Shown here piece by piece: positions 7,997 through 16,992 of a stretch of 55,440 nt of DNA. The DNA is from Clostridia bacterium (GTDB taxonomy: Bacteria; Bacillota; Clostridia; Christensenellales; UBA1242). Location: contig JAGBFI010000037.1 in the NCBI GenBank assembly GCA_017936585.1, forward strand, positions 1 to 55,440, given 5' to 3'. The notes beneath the pieces were generated by a model. It saw only the letters and a list, made by a program, of their open reading frames with translations. It did no database searches and had not been told where the DNA came from. A program made the position numbers and the translations under genes. How positions within the stretch are numbered: position 1 is the stretch's first letter; each line of letters begins with the position of its first letter.

Positions 7997-8917
7997 ATGA
8001 AAATTGATTTTAAAGAATTCCCTTTGATTTTGGCGCCAATGGCGGGAGTTACGGATATAGGTTTCAGGTCGGTGGCTTCCTCTTTTGGTGCGGATGCCAC
8101 TGTCACTGAGATGTTGTCGGCACGCGCGATGTTTCACAATCCAAAGAAAACTGAGCTTATGACGTTGACAACCGCCGAGGAAAGGGTGAAGATTGCACAG
8201 ATTTTTGGGCATGAGCCGGACTTTATGGTGAAGGCTGTGCAGAGCGACCTGCTTGCAAAATTCGACAGTATTGACATCAACATGGGATGTCCAGCGCCTA
8301 AGATTGTCAAAAACGGCGAGGGCTCTGCACTGATGGATGATTTGTCACTTGCGGGTAAGATTGTTTCAACTGTTAAAGGTGCAACTGGCAGACCTGTTTC
8401 GGTGAAGTTCCGAAAAGGGCACAAAACTGAAAACTTTATGGATTTTGCAGCAATGTGTGAAGATTGCGGGGCAGATTTCATAACTTTTCACGCGCGAACT
8501 GTGGCTCAGGGCTACAGCGGCAAGGCGGATTTGGAAGCCATCGCAAAGGTTAAGGCAAAAGCAAAAATTCCTGTGATTGGAAATGGAGACATTGTTGATC
8601 TACCTTCGCTTGAAGCAATGAAAAGCACGGGTGTGGACGGAGTTATGATTGGCAGAGGTTCACTTGGGAAACCTTGGCTATTTGCCGAACTTAAGGGTAA
8701 TAATATGAGAGTGGACAAAATTGCTGTCGTTGAAAAGCACGTTGCGCTCCTTCGCGAACATTTCGAAGAAAGTTGGCTTAAACTTTATATAAGAAAACAC
8801 TTGTTGTGGTATGCGGCTAATCTGCCGATGGCGGCTTCGCTTAGATTGAAATTGGCAACTTGTGAAGATATTGACGAATGTTTGGAAATTTTAAGAAAAG
8901 CATTTGTTTCAGCGTAA
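7997..8917 (+). CDS. dusB: tRNA-dihydrouridine synthase (DusB family)
   Basis: LAPMAG, DINMGCP, GNGDI, MIGRG. Confidence 0.92.
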   Translation: MKIDFKEFPLILAPMAGVTDIGFRSVASSFGADATVTEMLSARAMFHNPKKTELMTLTTAEERVKIAQIFGHEPDFMVKAVQSDLLAKFDSIDINMGCPAPKIVKNGEGSALMDDLSLAGKIVSTVKGATGRPVSVKFRKGHKTENFMDFAAMCEDCGADFITFHARTVAQGYSGKADLEAIAKVKAKAKIPVIGNGDIVDLPSLEAMKSTGVDGVMIGRGSLGKPWLFAELKGNNMRVDKIAVVEKHVALLREHFEESWLKLYIRKHLLWYAANLPMAASLRLKLATCEDIDECLEILRKAFVSA

Positions 8918-8970
8918 ATTCGTTTTGCAAAACAGGGCAAATGGTGTAAAATTAAAAATGAAAAGAGGTC

Positions 8971-10146
8971 ATGTTTATGAAAAGGACGATAAGAGATTTA
9001 AAAAACATAAAGGGTAAAAGAATTTTGCTTCGTTGCGATTTCAACGTTCCACTCGACCATTGGGGGGACATCTTGAACGACAACCGCATCAAACAGGCTT
9101 TGCCAACAATTTCTTATTTGGTTGACCAAGGAGCAAAATTGATTGTTTGCTCGCACCTTGGCAGACCAAAGGGCTATGACAAATATTTGTCGCTTTTCCC
9201 AGTGGCCGTCTATTTGATGAAATATTTTCCAAACAAGGTGAAGTTTTGTGGAAAAGTTGTCGGGTCTGAAGTGACTGCGGCTGCCTCAAAGCTTAAGGAC
9301 GGCGAAATTTTGGTGCTCGAAAATTTGCGTTTCGACAGCAGAGAAACTGAAAATGACCCAACTTTTGTGCAAGAACTTGTCTCTCTTGCAGACATTTTTG
9401 TGGATGACGCTTTTGGAGTGGCTCACAGAAAACATGCGTCAAACTATGGTGTGGCGCTCAAGCTTCCAACAGCGGTTGGATTTTTGATTGAAAAAGAACT
9501 TGAAGTGTTTGACAAAGCGTTCCAAACACCAGCACATCCTTTTGTGGCTATATTTGGCGGTGCAAAAGTTGACGACAAACTCAACCTCATCAACAATGTC
9601 ATGAAGTTTGCAGACACAATCATCATCGGCGGAGGAATGGCATACACATTTTTGCAAGCAAAAGGCATAAATATTGGCAATTCAATCGTTTCGCTCGATC
9701 TTGTGGATGATGCGAAAAGGATTATGGATGAAGCGGAGAAACGCAATATCAAAATCCTTCTTCCAGTTGACCATTTGGCAATTTGCGAAGGAAAGAAGGG
9801 TGTTGTTCGCACAAAAGAGTTGTTTAAAGGAATGACCGCTCTTGACATCGGAAACAAAACAATCAAGTTGTTCACGGATGAAATTTTAAATGCAAAACAA
9901 ATCATTTGGAATGGCCCACTTGGGAAATATGAAGACTCAAGATTCAAAAAAGGAACCATGAAAATTGCCAAGGCTGTTGCAAAAAGTGGAGCTTATTCAA
10001 TTGTTGGCGGCGGCGACAGCGTCAGCGCAGTTGAAATCAGTGGTGTTGCAGACAGAATTAACCACCTCTCAACGGGTGGCGGTGCAAGCATGAAATTGAT
10101 GGAAGGAAAAGTTTTGCCAGCAATCGAGGTTGTTGACACTCTTTAA
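8971..10146 (+). CDS. pgk: Phosphoglycerate kinase
   Basis: RCDFNVP, SHLGRP, LENLRF, GGAKV, WNGP, GGGDS, STGGGAS. Confidence 0.96.
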   Translation: MFMKRTIRDLKNIKGKRILLRCDFNVPLDHWGDILNDNRIKQALPTISYLVDQGAKLIVCSHLGRPKGYDKYLSLFPVAVYLMKYFPNKVKFCGKVVGSEVTAAASKLKDGEILVLENLRFDSRETENDPTFVQELVSLADIFVDDAFGVAHRKHASNYGVALKLPTAVGFLIEKELEVFDKAFQTPAHPFVAIFGGAKVDDKLNLINNVMKFADTIIIGGGMAYTFLQAKGINIGNSIVSLDLVDDAKRIMDEAEKRNIKILLPVDHLAICEGKKGVVRTKELFKGMTALDIGNKTIKLFTDEILNAKQIIWNGPLGKYEDSRFKKGTMKIAKAVAKSGAYSIVGGGDSVSAVEISGVADRINHLSTGGGASMKLMEGKVLPAIEVVDTL

Positions 10147-10156
10147 GGAGGGGTGA

Positions 10157-10906
10157 ATGAAAAAGCTTATCATCGGAAATTTTAAAATGAACACAAAGCC
10201 AAGCGAATTTAAAAATTACGCTATGACCTTTGCGACAAAAACAAAAAACAGCAAAAATGACATCGTGATCTGTCCACCATACACACATCTTGGTGTTGCA
10301 AAAGAATTTTTTGCTGGCACGAAAATTGCCTATGGAGCTCAAAACATCTGTGAAGAGCCAAAGGGTTCTTTCACTGGTGAAGTTGGTGCGGACATGATCA
10401 AGGACTTGGGTGCGACATATGTGATTATCGGGCACTCAGAGCGCAGAGCAAAATTTAAGGAAAGCGACAAACTTATCAACAAAAAAATCAAAACCGCTCT
10501 TGCTTGCGGTCTGAAAGTCATTTTGTGTGTGGGGGAAAACTTGCAAACAAGAAATGCAAAGCAGGCTTGCCAGTTTATCAGAAAGCAAATTGATGACGAC
10601 TTGAAGGGAATTTATGAAAATGAGCTTGACAGCGTGATTGTGGCTTATGAGCCAATTTGGGCAATCGGCACAGGGCACGTTGCAAACAAAAGAGACATTG
10701 CAAAGATGGCTCAAACAATCAGAGATGAAATTGAACACCAATTTTCAAAGAAGGCTGCCTCAGCAATCACTGTTGTTTATGGCGGCAGTGTGAACATTTC
10801 AAACTACAAAAACCTTTTGACAACTGAAGGACTTGATGGAGCTTTGATGGGCGGCGCTTGTCTTGACGTTGACAACTTTGCAATCATTGCAAAAGAAAAT
10901 TATTGA
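10157..10906 (+). CDS. tpiA: Triosephosphate isomerase
   Basis: GNFKMN, GHSERR, AYEPIWAIGTG, YGGSV. Confidence 0.96.
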   Translation: MKKLIIGNFKMNTKPSEFKNYAMTFATKTKNSKNDIVICPPYTHLGVAKEFFAGTKIAYGAQNICEEPKGSFTGEVGADMIKDLGATYVIIGHSERRAKFKESDKLINKKIKTALACGLKVILCVGENLQTRNAKQACQFIRKQIDDDLKGIYENELDSVIVAYEPIWAIGTGHVANKRDIAKMAQTIRDEIEHQFSKKAASAITVVYGGSVNISNYKNLLTTEGLDGALMGGACLDVDNFAIIAKENY

Positions 10907-10917
10907 TTGGAGACAGG

Positions 10918-12021
10918 ATGGAACATATCGCGTTATACAGAAAATACAGACCAAAAACTTTTGAAGAAGTTATCGGGCAAGACCACATCACAAAAACCTT
11001 GCAAAATCAAATCATAAATGGTCAGGTTGGTCACGCATATCTTTTCACTGGCACAAGAGGAACGGGAAAAACCAGTGTAACAAAAATTTTTGCAAAGTCT
11101 GTCAATTGTTTAAGCCCAGTGCGTGGGTCTGCGTGCGGAGAATGCGAAAATTGCAAACGTCTGGCGCAAGAAAATGACATCAACATCATTGAGATTGACG
11201 CGGCATCAAACAACAAGGTTGATGACATCAGACAAATTCGTGAGAAAGTGAAATTTATGCCTGTTGGAGCGAAATATAAAGTCTACATCGTGGACGAAGT
11301 TCATATGCTTTCAGACAGTGCGTTCAACGCACTTTTGAAGACATTGGAGGAGCCTCCCTCTTACGTGATTTTTATTTTGGCGACAACGGAAGTTCACAAA
11401 CTCCCACAAACAATCCTGTCCAGATGCGTGCGTTTCGATTTTAGATTGGTTTCTGTTGACGAACTTTCAAAACATTTGGCGAAGGTTTTTGAGAAAGAAC
11501 AAATCAAATATGATGCCGAAAGTCTGAAAATCATTGCCAGTGCAGGCGAAGGAAGCGTTCGTGACACACTTTCAATTGCGGATAGTATTGCTTCATATTG
11601 CCAAAAAGACATCACGAAAGAAAAGACATTGGGAGTTCTTGGCACAACCGATCACGACCTTATCATCAATTTCTTTGACAAAGTTCAAGAAAAGGATGTT
11701 GGCGGTGTGTTGTCACTTATTGACCAAATTGAAAAAGAAGGCAAAAACTTGGCGGTGTTTTCAAAGGACCTTTCAAAACACGCAAGAAATTTGTTGATTT
11801 GCAAATCTTGTGAAAACTCATCAGACATTTTGTCCTTGCCGGATGATGTTTTTGTAATGTACAAACAACAAGCGGAAAAGTTTGAAGAAAAAGACCTCAT
11901 CAGATACATGCAAGTTTTCTCGAGCGCGGAAAGCGAATTGAGATACACACTTTCGGTGAGATTGCTGCTTGAAACAACTTGCTTGACAGCAATGCTTGGG
12001 TTTGACGCAAAAAAAAACTGA
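10918..12021 (+). CDS. dnaX: DNA polymerase III gamma/tau, zero-frame short (gamma-like) product
   Basis: LYRKYRP, GTRGTGKT, DEVH, SRC; stops at TGA just after an A9 run. Confidence 0.95.
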   Translation: MEHIALYRKYRPKTFEEVIGQDHITKTLQNQIINGQVGHAYLFTGTRGTGKTSVTKIFAKSVNCLSPVRGSACGECENCKRLAQENDINIIEIDAASNNKVDDIRQIREKVKFMPVGAKYKVYIVDEVHMLSDSAFNALLKTLEEPPSYVIFILATTEVHKLPQTILSRCVRFDFRLVSVDELSKHLAKVFEKEQIKYDAESLKIIASAGEGSVRDTLSIADSIASYCQKDITKEKTLGVLGTTDHDLIINFFDKVQEKDVGGVLSLIDQIEKEGKNLAVFSKDLSKHARNLLICKSCENSSDILSLPDDVFVMYKQQAEKFEEKDLIRYMQVFSSAESELRYTLSVRLLLETTCLTAMLGFDAKKN

Positions 12022-12052
12022 AAATTGAGCGGGACATCACAAAAATGTCCGC
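12009..12052 (+). other. Putative recoding signal (-1 frameshift or transcriptional slippage) in dnaX
   Basis: A9 at 12009-12017 (A_AAA_AAC) followed by hairpin GCGGGACAT/ATGTCCGC; the -1 frame is open to 12356. Confidence 0.7.
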
Positions 12053-12356
12053 AACAAACGTGTGGGGAAAGGTTGTTCTTTATCTTAAAGAACACAAAAA
12101 GGTTGCTTTGCACGTGGCTTGTGGAGACATCACAAACGCAAAACTTGAAGACGGAAAATTGATTATCCGTTCAAGTGACGACTTTCTGATTGACGTTTTG
12201 GAAAACGGACGTAAGGACATTGAAGCTGCCATTCGCTGGCAGGGGTTGGAACTTAAGTTTGAAGTTGAAAAGTTTGAAAGCAAAGCTCAAAAAATTGAAA
12301 AGGACATAAAAAAAGCGCAAAATTTCTTTGGAAGCAAACTTACTTTTGAGGAATAA
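12018..12356 (+). CDS. dnaX: C-terminal (tau-specific) portion of DnaX in the -1 frame
   Basis: W..V...L helix-beta pattern typical of Firmicute tau C-terminal domain; sits between dnaX and ybaB; ATG 12045 lacks an SD. Confidence 0.65.
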   Translation: MKIERDITKMSATNVWGKVVLYLKEHKKVALHVACGDITNAKLEDGKLIIRSSDDFLIDVLENGRKDIEAAIRWQGLELKFEVEKFESKAQKIEKDIKKAQNFFGSKLTFEE

Positions 12357-12374
12357 ACATAAAAAGGAGACAAA

Positions 12375-12692
12375 ATGGGATACGGATTTGGTGGTGGATT
12401 TGGCGGAGGAAATATGCAAGCACTTATGCGCCAAGCACAAAAAATGCAAGAAGACATGAAAAGAATTCGTGAAGAGATTGATGAAACGGAATACACATCA
12501 TCTGTTGGTGGCGGAATGGTTGAGGTGACAATGCTTGGAAACAAAACGGTGAAAGCAGTCAGAATCAAGCCAGAGGTTGTTGACCCAGAGGATGTTGAAA
12601 TGCTTGAAGATTTGGTTGTCAGTGCAGTGAACGACTGCGTCAACAAAATCACTGCTGACGAGCAAGCAAAATTGCCAAACTTGGGAATGTGA
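12375..12692 (+). CDS. ybaB: Nucleoid-associated protein YbaB/EbfC
   Basis: MRQAQKMQ, GGGMVEV, DVEMLEDLV; dnaX-ybaB-recR synteny. Confidence 0.95.
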   Translation: MGYGFGGGFGGGNMQALMRQAQKMQEDMKRIREEIDETEYTSSVGGGMVEVTMLGNKTVKAVRIKPEVVDPEDVEMLEDLVVSAVNDCVNKITADEQAKLPNLGM

Positions 12693-12694
12693 GA

Positions 12695-13279
12695 ATGGAA
12701 GAACCAATTGAGAAACTTGTTGAATATTTCAGAAGTTTGCCAGGCGTAGGGAAGAAAACTGCCCAACGCTATGTTTTTTACATCATCGAAAACGACAGGA
12801 GCAAGGCGGAAAATTTCGCAAAAGCCATCATGGAAGTGAAGGACAAAGTGAGGCTTTGCAAAGAGTGTGGAAACTACGCATCCTCAGAGCTTTGCCCAAT
12901 TTGTGAGAAGAGAAATCACAAAGTCATCTGCGTTGTGCAAGAGCCAAAAGATATTTTGTCAATGGAGAAAGTGAAAACCTTTGACGGAGTGTATCATGTG
13001 CTTTATGGGACAATAAATCCTCTGGAAAACAAGGGACCAAATGACATCAAGATAAAGGAACTTCTTGCGCGAATTGGCAGACACAATGTGGAAGAAGTGA
13101 TCATGGCGACAAATCCGGACGTGAGCGGCGAAGCAACGGCGATGTATATTGCAAAAATCGTCAAACCTATGGGGGTGAAGGTGACGCGTCTTGCGCAAGG
13201 AATTGCTATGGGAAGCGACATCGAGTTTGCCGATGAATTAACGCTTGAGAAAGCTTTGAGAGCAAGACAAGAAATTTAA
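12695..13279 (+). CDS. recR: Recombination protein RecR
   Basis: LPGVGKKTAQR, C4 Zn finger, Toprim ATNP..GEATA. Confidence 0.96.
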   Translation: MEEPIEKLVEYFRSLPGVGKKTAQRYVFYIIENDRSKAENFAKAIMEVKDKVRLCKECGNYASSELCPICEKRNHKVICVVQEPKDILSMEKVKTFDGVYHVLYGTINPLENKGPNDIKIKELLARIGRHNVEEVIMATNPDVSGEATAMYIAKIVKPMGVKVTRLAQGIAMGSDIEFADELTLEKALRARQEI

Positions 13280-13300
13280 AGTGGCACAGCCACTTTTTTT
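13278..13300 (+). terminator. Intrinsic terminator after recR
   Basis: AAAGTGGC-ACA-GCCACTTT plus T run. Confidence 0.75.
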
Positions 13301-13361
13301 ATTGCTATTTTTTGCACTTTTTGTTATACTTTAATGGAAAGCGAGGAGAATCCTCAATTCA

Positions 13362-15152
13362 ATGGAGCTTGAAATGGATTTTAAGGAACAAATTAAACAA
13401 ACACTTGCAGACTCTGCAACAAAGCTTGGACTTTCAACAGGCAATTTGTCTGTGACATTTTCGAACCGTCCTGAACTTTGCGACTATCAATGCAACTATG
13501 CGATGATGATGGCAAAGCAGGTTGGTCAGAGACCTTTTGATTTGGCTGAAAAAATTGTCAACGGCATTGGTGAGAGCGAAAACTTTGAACTTGCTGTTGT
13601 GATGCCAGGGTTTATCAACATCAAAGTGAAAGAAAAAGCGCTGGCTGAATATGGAGATTTCCTTTTGGGAGATAAAAATCTTGGAGTTCCTCAGGTTGAA
13701 AAATCACGTCTTGTGTTTTTTGATTATGGTGGAGCAAACGTTGCAAAGGAGCTTCATGTTGGGCACTTGCGTTCTCCAATTGTTGGAGAAGCTCTCAAAA
13801 GACTTCATCTTGCAATGGGTGACAAGACATTGGCAGATGTGCATTTGGGTGATTTTGGGCTTCAGATGGGGTTGACACTTTTGCAACTTCACGAAGATGG
13901 CTATTTGGACGAATTTTTCAAAGCAGATGCTGACATTCAAAAGCTGGAACTGCCAAATGTTACGCTTGATGTTTTGAATGAGGAATATCCAAAAGCAAGC
14001 AAAAGAAAGGATGTGGACGAAGATTTCAAGGCGAATGCGGATGAAATCACGTTGTTTATTCAGCAGCGTAAGGAGCCATATTTTTCAATCTACAACAAAA
14101 TCAGAGCATTGTCTGTGGCAGAAATTGAGAAGAACTACACAAAACTGAATGCTGAGTTTGATTTCTATTATGGCGAAAGTGATGCCTATGCTTTGATTGA
14201 CGAAACTGTGCAAGTTTTTGTTGACAAAGGGTTGGCAAGAGAGAGTGAGGGGGCTTTGGTTGTGGATGTTGCACGCGAGGGAGAGCATATTCCAATTCCA
14301 AAGAAGAGTGAGGATGAGCCTCAAAGATATAAAAATCCAATGCCACCAGCAATCATCAAAAAGTATAATGGTGGCGATTTGTATGCGACAACTGACATTG
14401 CAACAATTCTGATCAGAAATCGCGACTATGCTCCGGACGAAATTGTGTATGTGACGGACAATCGTCAAGGAAATCATTTTGAGCAGGTGTTTAGATGTTG
14501 CAAACTTGCTGGGGTTTCTCCGGAGGAGCAAAAACTTACACACGTGGCTTTCGGCACAATGAATGGGCAAGATGGAAAACCTTTCAAAACACGTTCGGGC
14601 GAAACCGTAAAGTTTAAGGATGTGCTTGGGCTTGTTGTGTCCAAAGCGGCAGAAAAGTTGGCTTCAAACGGCATTGAGGGGGATGATGAACTTGCACGTA
14701 AGATTGGTGTTGGGGCGATGAAATTCGGCGATCTTTCTGTTGCCGTTGGCAAGGACTATGTTTTTGACATCGACAAATTCCTTGCGTTTGATGGCAAGAC
14801 GGGGCCATATATTCAATATACAATTGCGCGTATCAACTCAATTCTTGCAAAAGCGGGTTTTGCTGGTGGCAAGGTAAAAGTGAGCAGTGTGGAAGAAAGG
14901 AACATCTTGCTTGCAGTTTTGAAACTTTGCTCAGCTTATCAAGTTTGCTATGATTCATATTCAATGAATGCTCTGTGCTTGGCGGCGTTTGACCTTGCAA
15001 GTGAGTTCTCAACTCTTTACAACAATCACAAAATTTTGTCCGAAACAGATAATCAGAAAAAGGAAGGCTTGCTTTCAATCTGCGTTTTGGTGAAAAAATG
15101 TCTCGAAAAAGCTCTTTGGACACTTGGAATTGACAGCGTTGAAAAAATGTAA
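13362..15152 (+). CDS. argS: Arginine--tRNA ligase
   Basis: ANVAKELHVGHLRS (HIGH), KPFKTRSG, GPYIQY. Confidence 0.95.
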   Translation: MELEMDFKEQIKQTLADSATKLGLSTGNLSVTFSNRPELCDYQCNYAMMMAKQVGQRPFDLAEKIVNGIGESENFELAVVMPGFINIKVKEKALAEYGDFLLGDKNLGVPQVEKSRLVFFDYGGANVAKELHVGHLRSPIVGEALKRLHLAMGDKTLADVHLGDFGLQMGLTLLQLHEDGYLDEFFKADADIQKLELPNVTLDVLNEEYPKASKRKDVDEDFKANADEITLFIQQRKEPYFSIYNKIRALSVAEIEKNYTKLNAEFDFYYGESDAYALIDETVQVFVDKGLARESEGALVVDVAREGEHIPIPKKSEDEPQRYKNPMPPAIIKKYNGGDLYATTDIATILIRNRDYAPDEIVYVTDNRQGNHFEQVFRCCKLAGVSPEEQKLTHVAFGTMNGQDGKPFKTRSGETVKFKDVLGLVVSKAAEKLASNGIEGDDELARKIGVGAMKFGDLSVAVGKDYVFDIDKFLAFDGKTGPYIQYTIARINSILAKAGFAGGKVKVSSVEERNILLAVLKLCSAYQVCYDSYSMNALCLAAFDLASEFSTLYNNHKILSETDNQKKEGLLSICVLVKKCLEKALWTLGIDSVEKM

Positions 15153-15278
15153 AGAAAAACATTTATTTCGCCTATATTTACGGGAGAAAAAATATTTTAA
15201 AAATTTTCCAAAAAGGTCTTTACAAATCAAAACTTTTGTGTTATGATATGGGCATAAAGGAACATATGGAGGTGTGGT

Positions 15279-15413
15279 ATGAAAATTGCATACTCAAACG
15301 AAATCGAAAAATCAACAGTAGTTGTTGCTCCTGACAAAGTGACAAAAGATGGCGTTAAATATTTTTCAGCCAACTTTTCAAAATCAAAGGAAAATGACTT
15401 TCTTGTTAAATAA
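15279..15413 (+). CDS. Small hypothetical protein, 44 aa (not in ORF track)
   Basis: GGAGGTG RBS; TTTACA/TGnTATGAT promoter upstream; hairpin-T terminator downstream; MKIAYSNEIEKSTVVVAPDK... Confidence 0.7.
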   Translation: MKIAYSNEIEKSTVVVAPDKVTKDGVKYFSANFSKSKENDFLVK

Positions 15414-15514
15414 TTTATGAAAATATCGCTTATTGCGGTATTTTTTTTAAAATTGTTTTGTTTTTTTGCTTTTATGTGATAAACTATTTATAGAAAAATA
15501 TGTTCGGAGTTTCT

Positions 15515-15790
15515 ATGAAAAAGTATCAATTTCTCTATCCAGCTATATTTATCAAAGACGAAGACGGCTCTTGTCAGGTGATTTTTCCAGATTTAAACAT
15601 ATACACTGACGGGCAGAATATGTCTGATGCTTATTTCTATGCAAAGGGATTGCTTAAGGCGTATTTTTCATATGCAATGAAATATGAAACCGAATATAAT
15701 AAGCCAAGTAAAATCGAAAATATCATTCCAAAATGCAAGGCAAATGAAACAGCAATGTATATTGATGCGATTGTTGAGTCGGATGAATAA
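15515..15790 (+). CDS. HicB-family antitoxin-like protein (orphan)
   Basis: YPAIF...G..QVIFPDL..YTDG N-terminal HicB pattern; no HicA neighbour. Confidence 0.7.
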   Translation: MKKYQFLYPAIFIKDEDGSCQVIFPDLNIYTDGQNMSDAYFYAKGLLKAYFSYAMKYETEYNKPSKIENIIPKCKANETAMYIDAIVESDE

Positions 15791-15982
15791 AATCAAAATC
15801 ACCACTTGATGGTGATTTTTTTTAATTTTGATACAGAAGACAACTGGAATGTTGGTTGTTTTTTAAGTTCTTCCAAATTAGATTTCTTTCGACATTTTGG
15901 GAGAAAATAAACTTTGGAAAATGTCGCTATTTATCGTAAAATCTGCTTAGAGTAACATAAAAGTTGCCATAGGGAGGTTTTT

Positions 15983-16291
15983 ATGAAAGATGATATTTTG
16001 AAAAGTTTTGCTCAAAAGGCGAAGAGAAGGCTTGTTGGGAAAGAGACAACTGTGAATGCAAAAATAAAAGTGATTTCGGCGGATGATGATGAGTTTAGAA
16101 GCAGGGTAGAGCAGCTGCTTTCGCAGGACGATGTGGTGACAAATCCAGTGCAATATCTTATGGATGACAAGATTTTGAAAAATATGGATGAGGAAGAAAG
16201 AGAAAGGTATCTGCTTTCAACGCTTGACAAATATACGCGATTCAAAAATCAAATTGAACACTCTCAAAGTTATTCAGCTTTTTGTTTGTGA
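15983..16291 (+). CDS. Hypothetical protein
   Basis: GGGAGG RBS; 0A box at 15888-15894 upstream. Confidence 0.75.
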   Translation: MKDDILKSFAQKAKRRLVGKETTVNAKIKVISADDDEFRSRVEQLLSQDDVVTNPVQYLMDDKILKNMDEEERERYLLSTLDKYTRFKNQIEHSQSYSAFCL

Positions 16292-16294
16292 GAT

Positions 16295-16339
16295 GGGGGC
16301 GGGCGCAAGCACCAACAGGGTTCGTGCGCAGCCCCCCCC
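16295..16339. repeat. GC-rich intergenic hairpin
   Basis: GGGGGC..GCGCA / TGCGC..GCCCCC arms in an AT-rich background. Confidence 0.5.
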
Positions 16340-16380
16340 TGTTTGTGTCACTTCGAACAGATTTTTCATATAAAATACAC

Positions 16381-16962
16381 ATGAAAAGAAAAAATATTGA
16401 AATTGGCAAGGATGTTCTCCTTGGAAAAAACGTTAAAATTGAAGATAATGTGCAAATTCTCGGACAATGCTCAATAGGGGATGATTGTATTCTTCGTTCC
16501 GGCACGCGGCTTGAAGATGTTGTGTTGGGGGCGGAGTGCATTGTGGAAAATTCTCGCATTGAAAAAAGCCAGTTTGGCAAATCTTGCAAAATTGGCCCAT
16601 ATGCCAATGTTCGTCAAAATTGCATTGTTGCGGACGATGTCAAAGTTGGAGCTTTTGTTGAACTGAAAAACTCATACATTTCCTGCGGCTGCAAAATGGC
16701 ACATCTCTCATATATTGGTGATGCCGAGCTTGGAGAAAATGTGAATGTTGGCTGTGGCGTTGTTTTTGCAAACTATGATGGCAAAAAGAAACAAAGATCT
16801 AAGATTGGAAACAATGTTTTCATAGGCTGCAATGTCAACATTGTTGCGCCAGTCACCGTTGCAGATGACACCTATATTTGTGCTGGAACGACGGTGACAA
16901 AGGATACCGAGAAGGGGGATTTCGTCATTGGCAGGGTTCGCCAAGAGAATAAAAAGCGTTAA
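16381..16962 (+). CDS. GlmU C-terminal-like hexapeptide acetyltransferase (no uridyltransferase domain)
   Basis: HLSYIGDA, NYDGKKK, FIGCN..VAPV left-handed beta-helix; only 193 aa. Confidence 0.85.
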   Translation: MKRKNIEIGKDVLLGKNVKIEDNVQILGQCSIGDDCILRSGTRLEDVVLGAECIVENSRIEKSQFGKSCKIGPYANVRQNCIVADDVKVGAFVELKNSYISCGCKMAHLSYIGDAELGENVNVGCGVVFANYDGKKKQRSKIGNNVFIGCNVNIVAPVTVADDTYICAGTTVTKDTEKGDFVIGRVRQENKKR

Positions 16963-16989
16963 AAAACTCCACAAATTGGAGTTTTTTTT
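16961..16989. terminator. Bidirectional terminator between convergent genes
   Basis: A6-CTCCA-loop-TGGAG-T8. Confidence 0.7.
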
Positions 16990-16992
16990 GTT

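Noticed and set aside
13300-13375. T-box leader for argS
   Set aside because: The promoter lies only tens of nt from the start; no room and no T-box motif
15279-15413. HicA toxin partner for the HicB-like gene
   Set aside because: No GSH motif or dsRBD-like pattern, and a terminator separates the genes
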